Origin: Hyalangium minutum
GTDB taxonomy: Bacteria; Myxococcota; Myxococcia; Myxococcales; Myxococcaceae
Length of the DNA stretch: 64,000 nt
Assembly: GCF_000737315.1 (NCBI RefSeq)
Contig: NZ_JMCB01000002.1
Span: forward strand, 558,001 to 622,000
Direction of reading: 5' to 3'
Shown here piece after piece: positions 1-9,486 of this stretch. How positions within the stretch are numbered: the first letter of the stretch is position 1; every line of letters begins with the position of its first letter. The position numbers and the translations under genes are program-made. Under the pieces are notes generated by a model, which saw nothing but the letters and a program-made list of their open reading frames with translations, searched no databases and was not told the origin of the DNA.

Positions 1-1531
1 CCGTCACCGCCTGCACCGTGGCCGCGTCGTAGCCCAGCGCCTGCGCCGCCTGCACTGTGTACGTCTTCGCCTGCTCGAACGTGGTGCTCGCCGTGAACAG
101 ATCCGTGTTCGCCTTGTAGAAGATGCGGCCGGCCTTCTCCGGGCCAATCGCCGCCACGGAGACGCTCGTCTTGCCGCGCGGGTGCGTGCCGCCCTTGGAC
201 AGCAGCGCGAACACCAGGTTGCTGATGCCCGAGCTGTAGTGCACGTCCTGGCCCGCGTAGTCCCCGTAGAAGTCCAGCGAGACGCCGTCCTTGGCCGGGT
301 CATCCATGTAGCGCAGCGCATCCCCCGCCGTGCCCGGCGTCCAGATGTCCTCGCCAATCTTGAAGATGTCCGCGTCCACCGCCCAGCCGCGCGACCAGCT
401 CTCGCACACGCCCGAGAAGATGTCCGAGTAGCTCTCGTTCAGGCCGCCGGACTCGCCCGAGTAGATGAGGTCCGACTCGCTGTCCGTCACCGCGTGGCTC
501 AGCTCGTGGACTGTCACGTCCAGGTCCTTGCCCAGCTCGATGGAGTCCACGCCATTGCCGTCGCCGTACACCATCTGCGTGCCGTCCCAGTACGCGTTCA
601 CGTAGTTGCTGCTGTAGTGAACGGTGCTGATCAGCGCCGCACCCGCGTTGTTGTACGAGTCACGCCCGAACAGCGCGTTGTAGCAGTTGTACGTGGCGCC
701 CAGCTGGTCGTAGTTCATGTCCACGTGGGCATCGCCTACCGGCGCCTGGCCCTCGCTGCGCTTGAGCGTGCCCGGCGTGCTCGAGCCGTTGTTGGCCGAG
801 TACACCTTGCGGTTGAGCGCCGAGTGGATCTGCGGGTGGATGGCCAGCGTGCCGCCGCGCTGCGCGTCCACGTAGATGAGGTCATCCGAGGGCATGTCGG
901 CGTTGCCGCCGCCCTTCACCCGCACCTGCCACGCCAGCCGCAGCTCCGGGCTGCCCTCGGGCCGCAGGTAGACCAGGACCGGGGAGCCCTCGGCCTGCGC
1001 GTTGCTCGCGGCCGAGCTGTGCACCGCCGCCTGCAGCGCCGCCTCGGGGGCCACCTTTGCCTGCGCCGGCAGGGCCTCGCCGCCCCGTGCCGAGCCGTTG
1101 GCCGCGTAGATGAGGCCGTCCGCGTCCGCGTGCAGCACCAGCTCGCCGCCGACCACCTTCAGGCCGTTCAGCGTCTGCTGGAAGCGCATGTGCTGGTGGC
1201 CCTGGCTGTCCACCGAGCTCTTGCGGAACACCAAGTCATTGCTGTTGAGCCGGAACGCCGGGGCGATATCCGTCAGCGCTATCCGGGCCGTCTCGCCCAC
1301 GCGCTGCTGGGACAGCCGGGGCAGCTCGCCCAGCCGGCCTTCAATGTAATAGGGCAGGCCCTCGTCCGTGTTCGCTACCACCCGGGCCTTCTCGAACCGG
1401 GCCATCGCGGAGCGGATGTCCGCGTCCTTCGACGGCAACTCCTGCGCTGCCTCGTCCTGCATCGAACCGCATGCGGCCAGGCTCGCGCCCAGCCATGCCG
1501 CACCCACTGCCTTCAAGACCCGATTGCTCAT
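1..1531 (-). CDS. M4 family (thermolysin-like) zinc metallopeptidase lipoprotein, truncated at the window start
   Basis: Manual translation from ATG at 1531: MSNRVLKAVGAAWLGASLAAC (lipobox), FTP/PepSY propeptide, NAYWDG, HELSH zinc motif, GGLNESYSD, DVHYSSG. The track misses it and shows only the antisense shadow 182..1546. Confidence 0.92.
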   Translation of the reverse strand, partial: MSNRVLKAVGAAWLGASLAACGSMQDEAAQELPSKDADIRSAMARFEKARVVANTDEGLPYYIEGRLGELPRLSQQRVGETARIALTDIAPAFRLNSNDLVFRKSSVDSQGHQHMRFQQTLNGLKVVGGELVLHADADGLIYAANGSARGGEALPAQAKVAPEAALQAAVHSSAASNAQAEGSPVLVYLRPEGSPELRLAWQVRVKGGGNADMPSDDLIYVDAQRGGTLAIHPQIHSALNRKVYSANNGSSTPGTLKRSEGQAPVGDAHVDMNYDQLGATYNCYNALFGRDSYNNAGAALISTVHYSSNYVNAYWDGTQMVYGDGNGVDSIELGKDLDVTVHELSHAVTDSESDLIYSGESGGLNESYSDIFSGVCESWSRGWAVDADIFKIGEDIWTPGTAGDALRYMDDPAKDGVSLDFYGDYAGQDVHYSSGISNLVFALLSKGGTHPRGKTSVSVAAIGPEKAGRIFYKANTDLFTASTTFEQAKTYTVQAAQALGYDAATVQAVT

Positions 1532-1627
1532 CAGCACCCCAGGTGAAAGTGGAAGGGGCTGTCATGACATGCGGGGCTGACAGCGTTCGATGGAGGGGCG
1601 GATTCCCAGAAATGGGAATGGAGGCGC

Positions 1628-2695
1628 TCAGCTCCCTGTGGCGCGCTCTCGTTCACGGAGCCAGGAGGCGATGGCGCGCTCGCACTCGTCCGCGTGATCG
1701 AGGAAGGCGAAGTGCCCGCTGTTCACCTCGAAGGTGGTGGCGAGCGCTCCCGCGCGTTGGGCGAAGGCGCGCATCCGGTGCACGGGGAACATGGAGTCAT
1801 GCTGCCCCTGGACGAGGAGCACTGGCACGCGCGGGGTGTCCGCGATGCGAGAGGCGCCGGAGATCAGCACCAGTCCTCGCAGCTCGGGGCCCGAGCGGGA
1901 GAGCTTCCCCGCGAGCACGCTGGCACCCACACCTCCATTGGAGAGGCCCGCGAGGTACACCCGGCGGATACCTCGGCCCTGGAGCCAGGAGAGGGTGCGC
2001 TTCAGGGTCTCCTCGCCCTGCGGTGACCACCAGTCCCCCAGTGGGCCCACCGAGGGACACACGGTGAGCGCGGAGATGGCCCGGGCGGCCCGCGAGAGCT
2101 GCCAGCAGTAGACGGCGAAGTTGCCCGTGTAGCCGTGCAGCGCCACCACTGCCGTTTCCGGGGGCTTCGCTCCCTCGGACGGAATGACCACCGTGTCGAA
2201 GTCCTCGGAGGACTGGAGCCCGAGCCACGTGGCGACGGCGGGCGTGGCGATGGAGCCCTCGGTGGTGTGGAGCCGGTGGAAGGCCGAGTCGAGCGCCGGG
2301 AGGAAGTCTCGCGTGTCCGAGCGGGGCAACTGGCCGGTGAGCAAGAGCAGGTGGCCCGCGAACAGCGTCCCATCCCGCTCCTCCACGAGGCGGTTGATCA
2401 GCCGGTGGTCTCCCGAGGGCAGCCGGAGGGTGTCCATCCCGTTTCCCCCCGCGAAGACGAGCCGGGCGCTGGCCACGAGCAGCAGGAGCCCCAGGCCCGC
2501 GCGGGTCAGGCCCCGCCAGCGGCGCCACGGCATCGAGAGGAGGCCCGCCGCGGTGAAGGCCACCCCCACGGCATAGCCCCAGCCGGACAGGGAGGCGTGG
2601 AAGCCGATGGCCGCTACGATCATCAAGAGGGCGAGGGGGCCAGCGAAGAGCCCCACGAGAAAGGCGCTCCGCGAGAGGGTTCGCGACGGGTTCAT
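1628..2695 (-). CDS. Membrane-anchored alpha/beta hydrolase (esterase-like)
   Basis: N-terminal TM helices, HG-YTG oxyanion motif, GLSNG nucleophile elbow, C-terminal NSGHF His. Start placed at the ATG of MNPSR (2695). Confidence 0.8.
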   Translation of the reverse strand: MNPSRTLSRSAFLVGLFAGPLALLMIVAAIGFHASLSGWGYAVGVAFTAAGLLSMPWRRWRGLTRAGLGLLLLVASARLVFAGGNGMDTLRLPSGDHRLINRLVEERDGTLFAGHLLLLTGQLPRSDTRDFLPALDSAFHRLHTTEGSIATPAVATWLGLQSSEDFDTVVIPSEGAKPPETAVVALHGYTGNFAVYCWQLSRAARAISALTVCPSVGPLGDWWSPQGEETLKRTLSWLQGRGIRRVYLAGLSNGGVGASVLAGKLSRSGPELRGLVLISGASRIADTPRVPVLLVQGQHDSMFPVHRMRAFAQRAGALATTFEVNSGHFAFLDHADECERAIASWLRERERATGS

Positions 2696-3065
2696 GCCCC
2701 CAACATGCGTGGGCCGGAGCTCGGCTGGAGGCCAAAAAGGCCCGAACGGTCGCAGGGGCTCGGTGAGCGGCCGGCGGCGGAACCCGAGGGTGCCGCGATA
2801 CATGGTGGTGTCCGATACATGTCAACAGCCCATTACACTCGGAGCCTGTCTGGCTTCCTGCTCCAGGAGCGGAGTGCACAGTGCTGCGCGGAATTTCGCG
2901 CTCAAGTTGGAAGGAGTGCTTGGGTCTCGACGTAAAATCCTGACCACAGCGAAAACCCCAAAGGAGCACATTGCAGCGAGGGCCCTGGAGCGTATGGTGG
3001 AAGGCCTTCGCGCGCCGGAGGGTCGGCTCTCAGCGCGTGAGTCCCTGTGTAGTGGAGGCCCCCCT

Positions 3066-5786
3066 ATGAAGATGAGACGACTGCTTCAAGCCACGCTGCT
3101 CGCGGCGGTCTTGGCGGCTGTAGCGTGTGGTGACTCGGGCAAGGAGCCCGAGCCTGGTGAACCCAATAAACCCACGCCGCTGCCGACGGATCCGAACGAT
3201 CCCAACAACGCCACCAAGGACACGGACTGCGACGGCCTGAGTGACCTGGTCGAGTTCACGACGGACCGCGGTGGTGGCAAGAAGACGGACCCGGGTCTGG
3301 CGGACACCGATGGAGACGGGCTGCCGGACGGGCTCGAGCTGGGCATCGACACCCCCGTGCAGGGCACCAGCTGTGTCCTGCCCAAGGACGCGAGCGCCGT
3401 GCTGAAGACGGATCCGCTCAACCCGGACACCGATGGCGACGGCCTGAAGGACGGCATCGAGGACGCCAACAAGAACGGCAAGGCGGATGACAACGAGACG
3501 CACCCGCTGCTCAAGGACACCGACTGCGACGGCCTGCTCGACGGCCCGAGCGACGGCACCTTCAAGGGCGAGGACCAGAACGCCAACGGCATGGTGGACC
3601 CCGGCGAGCCGGATCCCCGCAAGCCGGACTCCGACGGGGACGGCCTCCTGGACGGCATCGAGCTGGGTGCCGTCAACAACCCGGATCCCGTCACCTGCAC
3701 CAACTTCCGGCCGGACACCCAGCCCACCACGACGACGGATCCGACCAACGCGGACTCGGACGGTGACGGGGTGAGCGACGGCGCCGAGGACACCAACCAG
3801 AACGGCCAAGTGGACCCCGGAGAGCTGGATCCGCGGACGGGTGACGCCTCGGGCCCGGTGGGCCAGGTGTGCACCGCCGCCAACCTGCGCCCGGTCATCT
3901 TCAAGGACTCGAGCGGGCCGGACATCAAGCTGGCGCTGCCGCCCACCTTCACGGAGGTGGAGGAGATCACCACCACCGGCTCCGAGGTCGGCGGCGACGT
4001 GAAGGGCCTGGTGGGCTACGACGCCGAGAACAAGGTCGCCTTCCTCGCGTTCCGTCAGGCCGCGCCCGCGCAGGCCACGGATCCGCTCGGTGACGAGGAG
4101 GCCCTGCGGACGATCATCCAGAACCAGGGCGCCCTGAGCAACCGCACCGCCCAGCGCTTCCAGACCTGGGATGGCCACAGCGCCTTGCAGGTCTTCTACG
4201 ACCAGGCCGGTGCCACCACGGACATCAAGGCCCGCACCAACGCTCTCGTGAACGCCCTGGTGCCCAACACCCAGGGCCGCCTGAGCACCGCGACGGCGGG
4301 CGGCAACGGCGACTTCCGCCTGCAGGCGCTCTTCGTCCACCGCTCCAACCAGAGCGTGGTGGTGCTCATCGCCATCACCCAGAAGGCGGCGGTGACGGGC
4401 GAAAACCGCAACACCACGACGGCCTTCTCCGCGCGTGACCTGTCGGACGGCTCGGCGCTGGCCCAGTTCGGCGAGCCCACGGCCATCCAGTGCGAGCGCT
4501 TCCAGCTGCAGTCGGCGAAGGTGGACTTCCTGTTCGTCGTGGACGACAGCGGCTCGATGCAGAGCTCGCAGAACTCGCTGGCCATCGCCGCGCAGGCCGC
4601 GGTGGACTCGCTCAACGCCTCGTCGCTGGACTGGCGCATGGCGATGGTCACCTCCAGCTACCACATCGGCGGCGAGCCCAACTCCGGCAAGCTGCGCAAG
4701 TTCACCCGCAACCTGAACAAGGTGAAGGCGTGGCTGACGCAGGGCAGCACGTGCACCAACCAGGTCTGCAGCGTGGTGCCCACCACTCCGCAGACCGCCA
4801 GCTGCCCTGGTGACACCTCCGAGGGCTCCAACGGCGGGTGCTGGATCAACATCGACGGCACCGGCAGCGAGGGTGTGCTCGGCGCGGCCCGCAAGGCGGT
4901 GGATGACCTGAACCCGGGCACCGAGCCGGGCGCTTCCGAGTCTCTCACGCTGGCGCGCAAGGATGCCGCCCTCGTGGTGGTCATCCTGGGCGACGCGGAT
5001 GACCAGACCAGCGGCAACACCTCGGTTTCTGGCTTCTGCGGCTCCGGCGGCAACGCGGACAAGCCGGGCTCCGGCTGCGAGCCCGTGCAGAACTTCATCA
5101 ACTTCTTCGGCAACGTCTCGTCCGGGACGGCGCCCACCAACGAGACCGGCAAGCTCATCACCGTGCACGGCATCGTGTGCCCGTCCGGCCAGAACTGCGG
5201 CTGTGACAGCAGCGGCTGCGAGTTCAACCCGAAGCCGGCCTTCGGTGGCCAGCGCCACGCCGCGGTCGTCAACGCCACGGGCGGCGTGCTGGGCGCCATC
5301 AGCGACACCAACTCCATCGGGGCCTCCATGGACGCCATCATCTCGGACGCGATCGGTAACGCGGGCTACCGCACGCTCAAGCCGCCGATCGGCGCGTCCA
5401 TCAAGGTGGCGGTGGACAACGTGAGCAACCCGGCGGTGTGCACCTCGAACAACAACATCCCGCGCAGCACCGTCAACGGCTTCGACTTCGACGGCAGCGC
5501 GCGGACGATCTCGTTCTTCGGCGCGTGCCGCCCGGCGAACACGAACGCCCAGGCCGCGGTGTCTTACCAGTACTGGATCGACTCGGTGAGCGATCCGAAC
5601 GGCGGCGTGCCGTGCGAGGACGACCCGAACTACAGCCCCACCGAGCCGGACCACTGCACGGGCCCCACGCTCGGCTGCAACGCCGCGGGCACGAACTGCG
5701 TGTGCAACCCGAACTGCGGCGGCACCTGCGGCGCGGGCACGCAGTGCGAAATGAGCACCTGCTCGTGTGAGGTGATCATCGGTTAG
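3066..5786 (+). CDS. cglD: Adventurous gliding motility lipoprotein CglD-like adhesin (thrombospondin type-3-like Ca-binding repeats, vWA domain, Cys-rich tail)
   Basis: MKMRRLL...LAAVAC lipoprotein signal from ATG 3066, repeated DTDxDGLxDGxE motifs including DTDCDG, vWA with MIDAS DDSGS, Cys-rich C-terminus. Confidence 0.8.
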   Translation: MKMRRLLQATLLAAVLAAVACGDSGKEPEPGEPNKPTPLPTDPNDPNNATKDTDCDGLSDLVEFTTDRGGGKKTDPGLADTDGDGLPDGLELGIDTPVQGTSCVLPKDASAVLKTDPLNPDTDGDGLKDGIEDANKNGKADDNETHPLLKDTDCDGLLDGPSDGTFKGEDQNANGMVDPGEPDPRKPDSDGDGLLDGIELGAVNNPDPVTCTNFRPDTQPTTTTDPTNADSDGDGVSDGAEDTNQNGQVDPGELDPRTGDASGPVGQVCTAANLRPVIFKDSSGPDIKLALPPTFTEVEEITTTGSEVGGDVKGLVGYDAENKVAFLAFRQAAPAQATDPLGDEEALRTIIQNQGALSNRTAQRFQTWDGHSALQVFYDQAGATTDIKARTNALVNALVPNTQGRLSTATAGGNGDFRLQALFVHRSNQSVVVLIAITQKAAVTGENRNTTTAFSARDLSDGSALAQFGEPTAIQCERFQLQSAKVDFLFVVDDSGSMQSSQNSLAIAAQAAVDSLNASSLDWRMAMVTSSYHIGGEPNSGKLRKFTRNLNKVKAWLTQGSTCTNQVCSVVPTTPQTASCPGDTSEGSNGGCWINIDGTGSEGVLGAARKAVDDLNPGTEPGASESLTLARKDAALVVVILGDADDQTSGNTSVSGFCGSGGNADKPGSGCEPVQNFINFFGNVSSGTAPTNETGKLITVHGIVCPSGQNCGCDSSGCEFNPKPAFGGQRHAAVVNATGGVLGAISDTNSIGASMDAIISDAIGNAGYRTLKPPIGASIKVAVDNVSNPAVCTSNNNIPRSTVNGFDFDGSARTISFFGACRPANTNAQAAVSYQYWIDSVSDPNGGVPCEDDPNYSPTEPDHCTGPTLGCNAAGTNCVCNPNCGGTCGAGTQCEMSTCSCEVIIG

Positions 5787-5796
5787 CGCGGCGGGC

Positions 5797-5833
5797 GCCC
5801 CTCCTCCTCTTTAAGTGGGGGAGGGGCCCCTCC
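5797..5833. terminator. GC-rich hairpin/palindrome between convergent cglD and alarmone synthetase genes
   Basis: GCCCCTCC (5797-5804) pairs with GGAGGGGC (5820-5827). GGAGGGGCCCCTCC (5820-5833) is also a perfect palindrome. Confidence 0.45.
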
Positions 5834-6926
5834 AGTCCGCGAAGCAGCGGACGAAGAGCCGGGCGATGCGGCGGGCCTCTGCCTCGTCGTCCGGGTAGTC
5901 CAGTTGTTGGTAGAAGCCCTTCATCCGCTCCAGCCGGTGCAGCTCCAGGTCCACCTGGCAGAGCGCGTGCCAGTGCGAGAGCAGGATGAGGCTGTAGCCC
6001 CGCTGCACGCTGTCCAGGTGCTCGCCGCCAAAACCCCAGGCCTCGGTGGTGAAGCGGAAGTAGCGCTCGGCGAAGGAGAGCAGCCGCGGGCTGAAGCCCT
6101 CCAGGCGCTGGAGGATGTGCGCGGGTCGGTCCAACTGCACCACGCGCAGCATGCGGATGACGTAGTCCGGGAAGAAGAGCGAGGCCGCGAGCGGCCGGCC
6201 CAGCTGCTTCGCCAGCACCAGGTCCAGCTCTGCCACCGGGCTGCTCTCGGCCAGGGACTGCAGAGACACCGCGTCGAGCCCCAGCGTGCCCTGCGCGAGC
6301 TGCACGGGCTGGCGCACATCCCGCGCGTAGTTCTCCATGAAGCGCCGCAGCTCCACGAACTCGCTGTCGGCCACTTCCAGCAGGCCCGCCAGCCGCGAGA
6401 AGCGCCGGCGGATGGGCAGGGGCACGGACTCGGGGGACTTGTAGCCCAGGTCGTGTTCAATCTCCGCCCACGCGTGCTGGAGGATGGTGCGGATCTGGAT
6501 CTCGAAGGGCCATTCCCAGTCGGGGTGCTGGGCCAGCAGCGCTGCGGGCGGGTGGCAGACGTAGTGCAGCGAGCGGTAGCCGAAGCTGTCCGGATCCTGG
6601 TGCAGCCGCTTGTCCACCGAGCGGTCGATGTCGACGCGGAAGTGCTCCTCGATGAGCCGCGCCACGTGCTCGATGGAGTCCTCGAAGAAGGTGATGACGC
6701 GCAGGCCGACCAGGTCCGTCAGGTCATCCAGGTGCTGGTAGATCTTGTCCGGGCGGGCCAGCTTGCCGGCCAGGCTCGCGGGCGACTTGATGCGGTGGCT
6801 GACGCCGTGGACGCTCACGCCGCCACGCTCGAGCACCTCTTGGAGGTGCGCGTGGAGCGCCCGGCCCAGGGCCTCGAAGGTGGGCTGACGGGCGAGAAAG
6901 GCGTCCAGCAGTTCCTGCTTCAGCAT
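5811..6926 (-). CDS. Small alarmone synthetase (stand-alone RelA/SpoT synthetase domain) with C-terminal helical extension
   Basis: RIKSPASLAGKL, DLVGLRVIT, GYRSLHY and FEIQIRTILQHAWAEIEHDLGYK motifs. No HD hydrolase, TGS or ACT domain. Confidence 0.88.
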   Translation of the reverse strand: MLKQELLDAFLARQPTFEALGRALHAHLQEVLERGGVSVHGVSHRIKSPASLAGKLARPDKIYQHLDDLTDLVGLRVITFFEDSIEHVARLIEEHFRVDIDRSVDKRLHQDPDSFGYRSLHYVCHPPAALLAQHPDWEWPFEIQIRTILQHAWAEIEHDLGYKSPESVPLPIRRRFSRLAGLLEVADSEFVELRRFMENYARDVRQPVQLAQGTLGLDAVSLQSLAESSPVAELDLVLAKQLGRPLAASLFFPDYVIRMLRVVQLDRPAHILQRLEGFSPRLLSFAERYFRFTTEAWGFGGEHLDSVQRGYSLILLSHWHALCQVDLELHRLERMKGFYQQLDYPDDEAEARRIARLFVRCFADWRGPSPT

Positions 6927-6969
6927 GCGCGGTCCTTCTTGCCACGGCCGCGTCTCGCTGGGAACAGGG

Positions 6970-6998
6970 GGAGGCGGGCCTGCACCGCGCCCGCCTCC
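6970..6998. terminator. 10-bp GC stem-loop downstream of the gltG-like gene
   Basis: GGAGGCGGGC-N9-GCCCGCCTCC perfect stem. The U-tract is weak. Confidence 0.4.
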
Positions 6999-7007
6999 GG
7001 AGGGGTG

Positions 7008-8891
7008 TTACTTGCCCGCCTGCTTGAAGATGAACGGGTAGCTGACCACCACGGTGCCGCCGCCCTTGGGCTTGGGGAACATCCAGAGGCGCACGCGGCT
7101 GGCCACGCACGCATCCAGCTCCGCGTTGCCCGTGGTGGACTGCGCCACCTTCGCCTCGAGCACCCGGCCATCCGGGCCGATGGTGAACTGCGTCTGCACC
7201 TTGCCGTTCAAGTCAGGGTCCTGGTTGAGCTGGCGCTCGAAGCAGGAGCGGATCTGGTTCTTGTTGTCCTGGATGACCTTGCGGACGAGCTCCCGGTCCA
7301 GCGAGCCCTCGTTCACCTTGAACTCCACGGGCGCGATGGTGGGATCCACGCTCTCCTTGCCCGTGAGGCCGGGCACCTTCTGACCATAGCCGTCGTTGCC
7401 TCCCGCCCGGCCCGCGGTGCGGATGCCGTCCAGGCCGATGGTGCTGCCGCCCGTGCTCGGGCCACCCGAGCCTCCCTTCACCATCAGTCCGCCGAAGGGA
7501 CCGTTCGAGCCCAGCGCCACGTTGCGCACATTGCTGATGGCGTTGCGCAGGTCGGAGTTCCCGCCCGAGTTGCCGAAGAGCGAGGCAGAGCCCTTGCCGC
7601 TGAAGAGGTTCTTCGTGAAGCGCTGGGCCGTGTCCTTCGGGTTCGAGGGAGTGGCGGTGGACACTGCGGGCTGCGTCTGCTTGCGGATGGGCTTCTTGGG
7701 CTCGGACGTGGAGGGTTGCACGGGCTGCTTCGGCTGCTGGCGGGCCTTCTGGTCGTTGAGCTGGGCGAGGAACCGGTTCGGCTGCGGCTCGGGCGGCTTG
7801 ATGATGAGCTTGGTCAGGCGCTCGTGGTCGCCGCTCAGCTCGTCCGCGAAGGCCTCCTCGTCACCGGTGCGGTTGAGCGCGCCGATGATGAACATGGAGC
7901 TGGCGAAGAGCATCAGCAGCAAGATGTTCAGCGCGCGGTAGTCCACGGACTCGCTCAGCGGGACGTGGACCCGCTTGGGCACCGGCTGGAAGCAGACTTC
8001 CAACGCCACGCCGCCCAGGTCCACCCAGAAGACGTCGTCCGGCTCGAGCGCCAGCGTGTACGCGGAGTCCTCGTGCGAGGCCTTGCCGGACTCGATGACG
8101 GCCTCAAGGTCCAGCGTCTCCGCGTTGCGGATGAGCTCGCCCTTCATCTTCCCGGTGAAGCAGACGGTGTACGTGTGCCCATCGGTGCGGAGGACCTCCA
8201 GCTTCGGGCTGCCGAGCCGGGAGTCGCCCATGACGAAGTCCACGCCCTCGGCGGTGCCCACGCTGAAGGACTTCTTCTGGCCCGGAGGCAGGAAGAACTC
8301 GCCCACGCGCTGATCGACCCACACGAAGCTCAGGGACGCTCCGAGCGGGCCGCTCGTGTGGCTCCGGCGCACGGGAGCCGCGGGCTCGGTGTGTGGAGCC
8401 TGGGCCTCCGTGGGAACGGTCTCGTTCTGCGCGGTGGTGGCCATGGACGGAGCAAGGGCCAGAGTCTCGGGCACAGCCGAGGTCTCCACCGCCACGGGGC
8501 TGGCCTGCGCAATGACCGGAGCGGGAGCCTGCGTGACAACAGCCACGTTCGTGCTCGCCACAGCGGCGGAGACGTTCATCGCGGCCACGGCGGCCGGGTT
8601 CTCGAGGCGGAGGGTGGTCTCGCCCAGGCGGATCTCATCGCCGAAGGAGATGCGGCCCTTGTTGACGCGCTTGCCGTTGACGTAGGTGCCCTCGACGCTG
8701 CCCATGTCGATGATGGAGAGCGAGCCATCGGCGGCGACCTCGATGACGGAGTGCACGCGGCTGACCTTCTCGTCATCCAGGCGCAGGTGCGCCGACGACA
8801 GCCGGCCGATCTTGATGATGTCGCGGGCGAAGTCCTGCGAGGTGACGAGCGTCTCGCCCTTGAAAACCTTGAGTGTCAGAGGAATGGCCAT
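7008..8891 (-). CDS. GltG/AgmX-like protein: FHA domain, TM helix, periplasmic TonB-C-like domain (orphan paralog)
   Basis: MAIPLTLKVFKG...IKIGRLSSAHLRLDDEKVSRVHSVIEV FHA domain matching the myxobacterial GltG N-terminus; TM LNILLLMLFASSMFIIGAL; Gly-rich linker; C-terminal GSLDRELVRKVI...FPKPKGGGTVVVSYPF. Confidence 0.85.
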   Translation of the reverse strand: MAIPLTLKVFKGETLVTSQDFARDIIKIGRLSSAHLRLDDEKVSRVHSVIEVAADGSLSIIDMGSVEGTYVNGKRVNKGRISFGDEIRLGETTLRLENPAAVAAMNVSAAVASTNVAVVTQAPAPVIAQASPVAVETSAVPETLALAPSMATTAQNETVPTEAQAPHTEPAAPVRRSHTSGPLGASLSFVWVDQRVGEFFLPPGQKKSFSVGTAEGVDFVMGDSRLGSPKLEVLRTDGHTYTVCFTGKMKGELIRNAETLDLEAVIESGKASHEDSAYTLALEPDDVFWVDLGGVALEVCFQPVPKRVHVPLSESVDYRALNILLLMLFASSMFIIGALNRTGDEEAFADELSGDHERLTKLIIKPPEPQPNRFLAQLNDQKARQQPKQPVQPSTSEPKKPIRKQTQPAVSTATPSNPKDTAQRFTKNLFSGKGSASLFGNSGGNSDLRNAISNVRNVALGSNGPFGGLMVKGGSGGPSTGGSTIGLDGIRTAGRAGGNDGYGQKVPGLTGKESVDPTIAPVEFKVNEGSLDRELVRKVIQDNKNQIRSCFERQLNQDPDLNGKVQTQFTIGPDGRVLEAKVAQSTTGNAELDACVASRVRLWMFPKPKGGGTVVVSYPFIFKQAGK

Positions 8892-9090
8892 GAGGGCTCC
8901 CTGCTTGCTGGGATGCCGGTACAGACAGCGCCTTTTTCGGAAGGTTCCCGCCCGTTCGTGGCGGCGTGCGTTCCTGTTGTCGGTTTGAGTGGGACGCTGA
9001 GGTGCGACAGTGAAACACATGTGCCTGCCAGGCCAGGCGCGAGCACGTGGCCCGCCTGCGCCACGTCGGCGACAGCCCCGCCTGAATGTG

Positions 9091-9447
9091 TCAGGCCCGG
9101 CGGGGGGGCTTCTGGGCCGCGCGCTTCTTGGAGGACTGGGAGCTCTTGGCGGCGGCCTTGGGCTTCGAGCGAGGGACGACGTCTTCGAATTCGTAGAACC
9201 GCCTGCGGACGAAGTACATGGCGTTCATCAGCGCGTCCACGGAGCCCACACCGAAGGCGTAGTCGATGCCCTGGGTGACATGCTCGAAGTACATCGGGCA
9301 GTACCAGTGCGTACCGTCTTCGAGCAGAGCCGGGCGGCCGATGATGATGCGAGAGACTCGCTTCGTCCCATCTTCCGTCCGGTACGACCAGTAGTCGTCG
9401 GCGATGGGGTCATCAATCGAGGTGAGTTTGGGACGCCAGTCTTTCAT
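9091..9447 (-). CDS. Hypothetical protein (DUF6968-like), possible partner of the upstream Cys-rich lipoprotein
   Basis: 118-aa ORF with IIIGRP...WYCP...AFGVGSVDALMNA pattern and a basic tail; 40 bp downstream of 9487..9873 on the same strand. Family name is from memory. Confidence 0.6.
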   Translation of the reverse strand: MKDWRPKLTSIDDPIADDYWSYRTEDGTKRVSRIIIGRPALLEDGTHWYCPMYFEHVTQGIDYAFGVGSVDALMNAMYFVRRRFYEFEDVVPRSKPKAAAKSSQSSKKRAAQKPPRRA

Positions 9448-9486
9448 GCATTTTCCTGTTTTCCTCGTGGGCTCCTGCTCACCCGA

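Noticed and set aside
182-1546. 454-aa plus-strand ORF
   Set aside because: Antisense shadow of the minus-strand M4 peptidase; high GC3 suppresses stops and the sequence has no motifs.
2607-3065. N-terminal extension of the cglD ORF
   Set aside because: It overlaps the divergent hydrolase gene; the lipoprotein signal and SD (GGAGG) point to ATG 3066.
3210-3840. Repeated GACxxxGAC motifs as a possible CRISPR or DNA repeat array
   Set aside because: They encode the DxDxDG calcium-binding repeats of CglD; there are no identical DNA repeats with unique spacers.
5904-9278. 1124-aa plus-strand ORF (likewise 3030..5654, 21935..24178, 26541..29165, 50538..52892 and other long antisense ORFs)
   Set aside because: They lie opposite genes with clear motifs and have the Arg/Ala/Gly/His-rich composition of GC-rich shadow frames.
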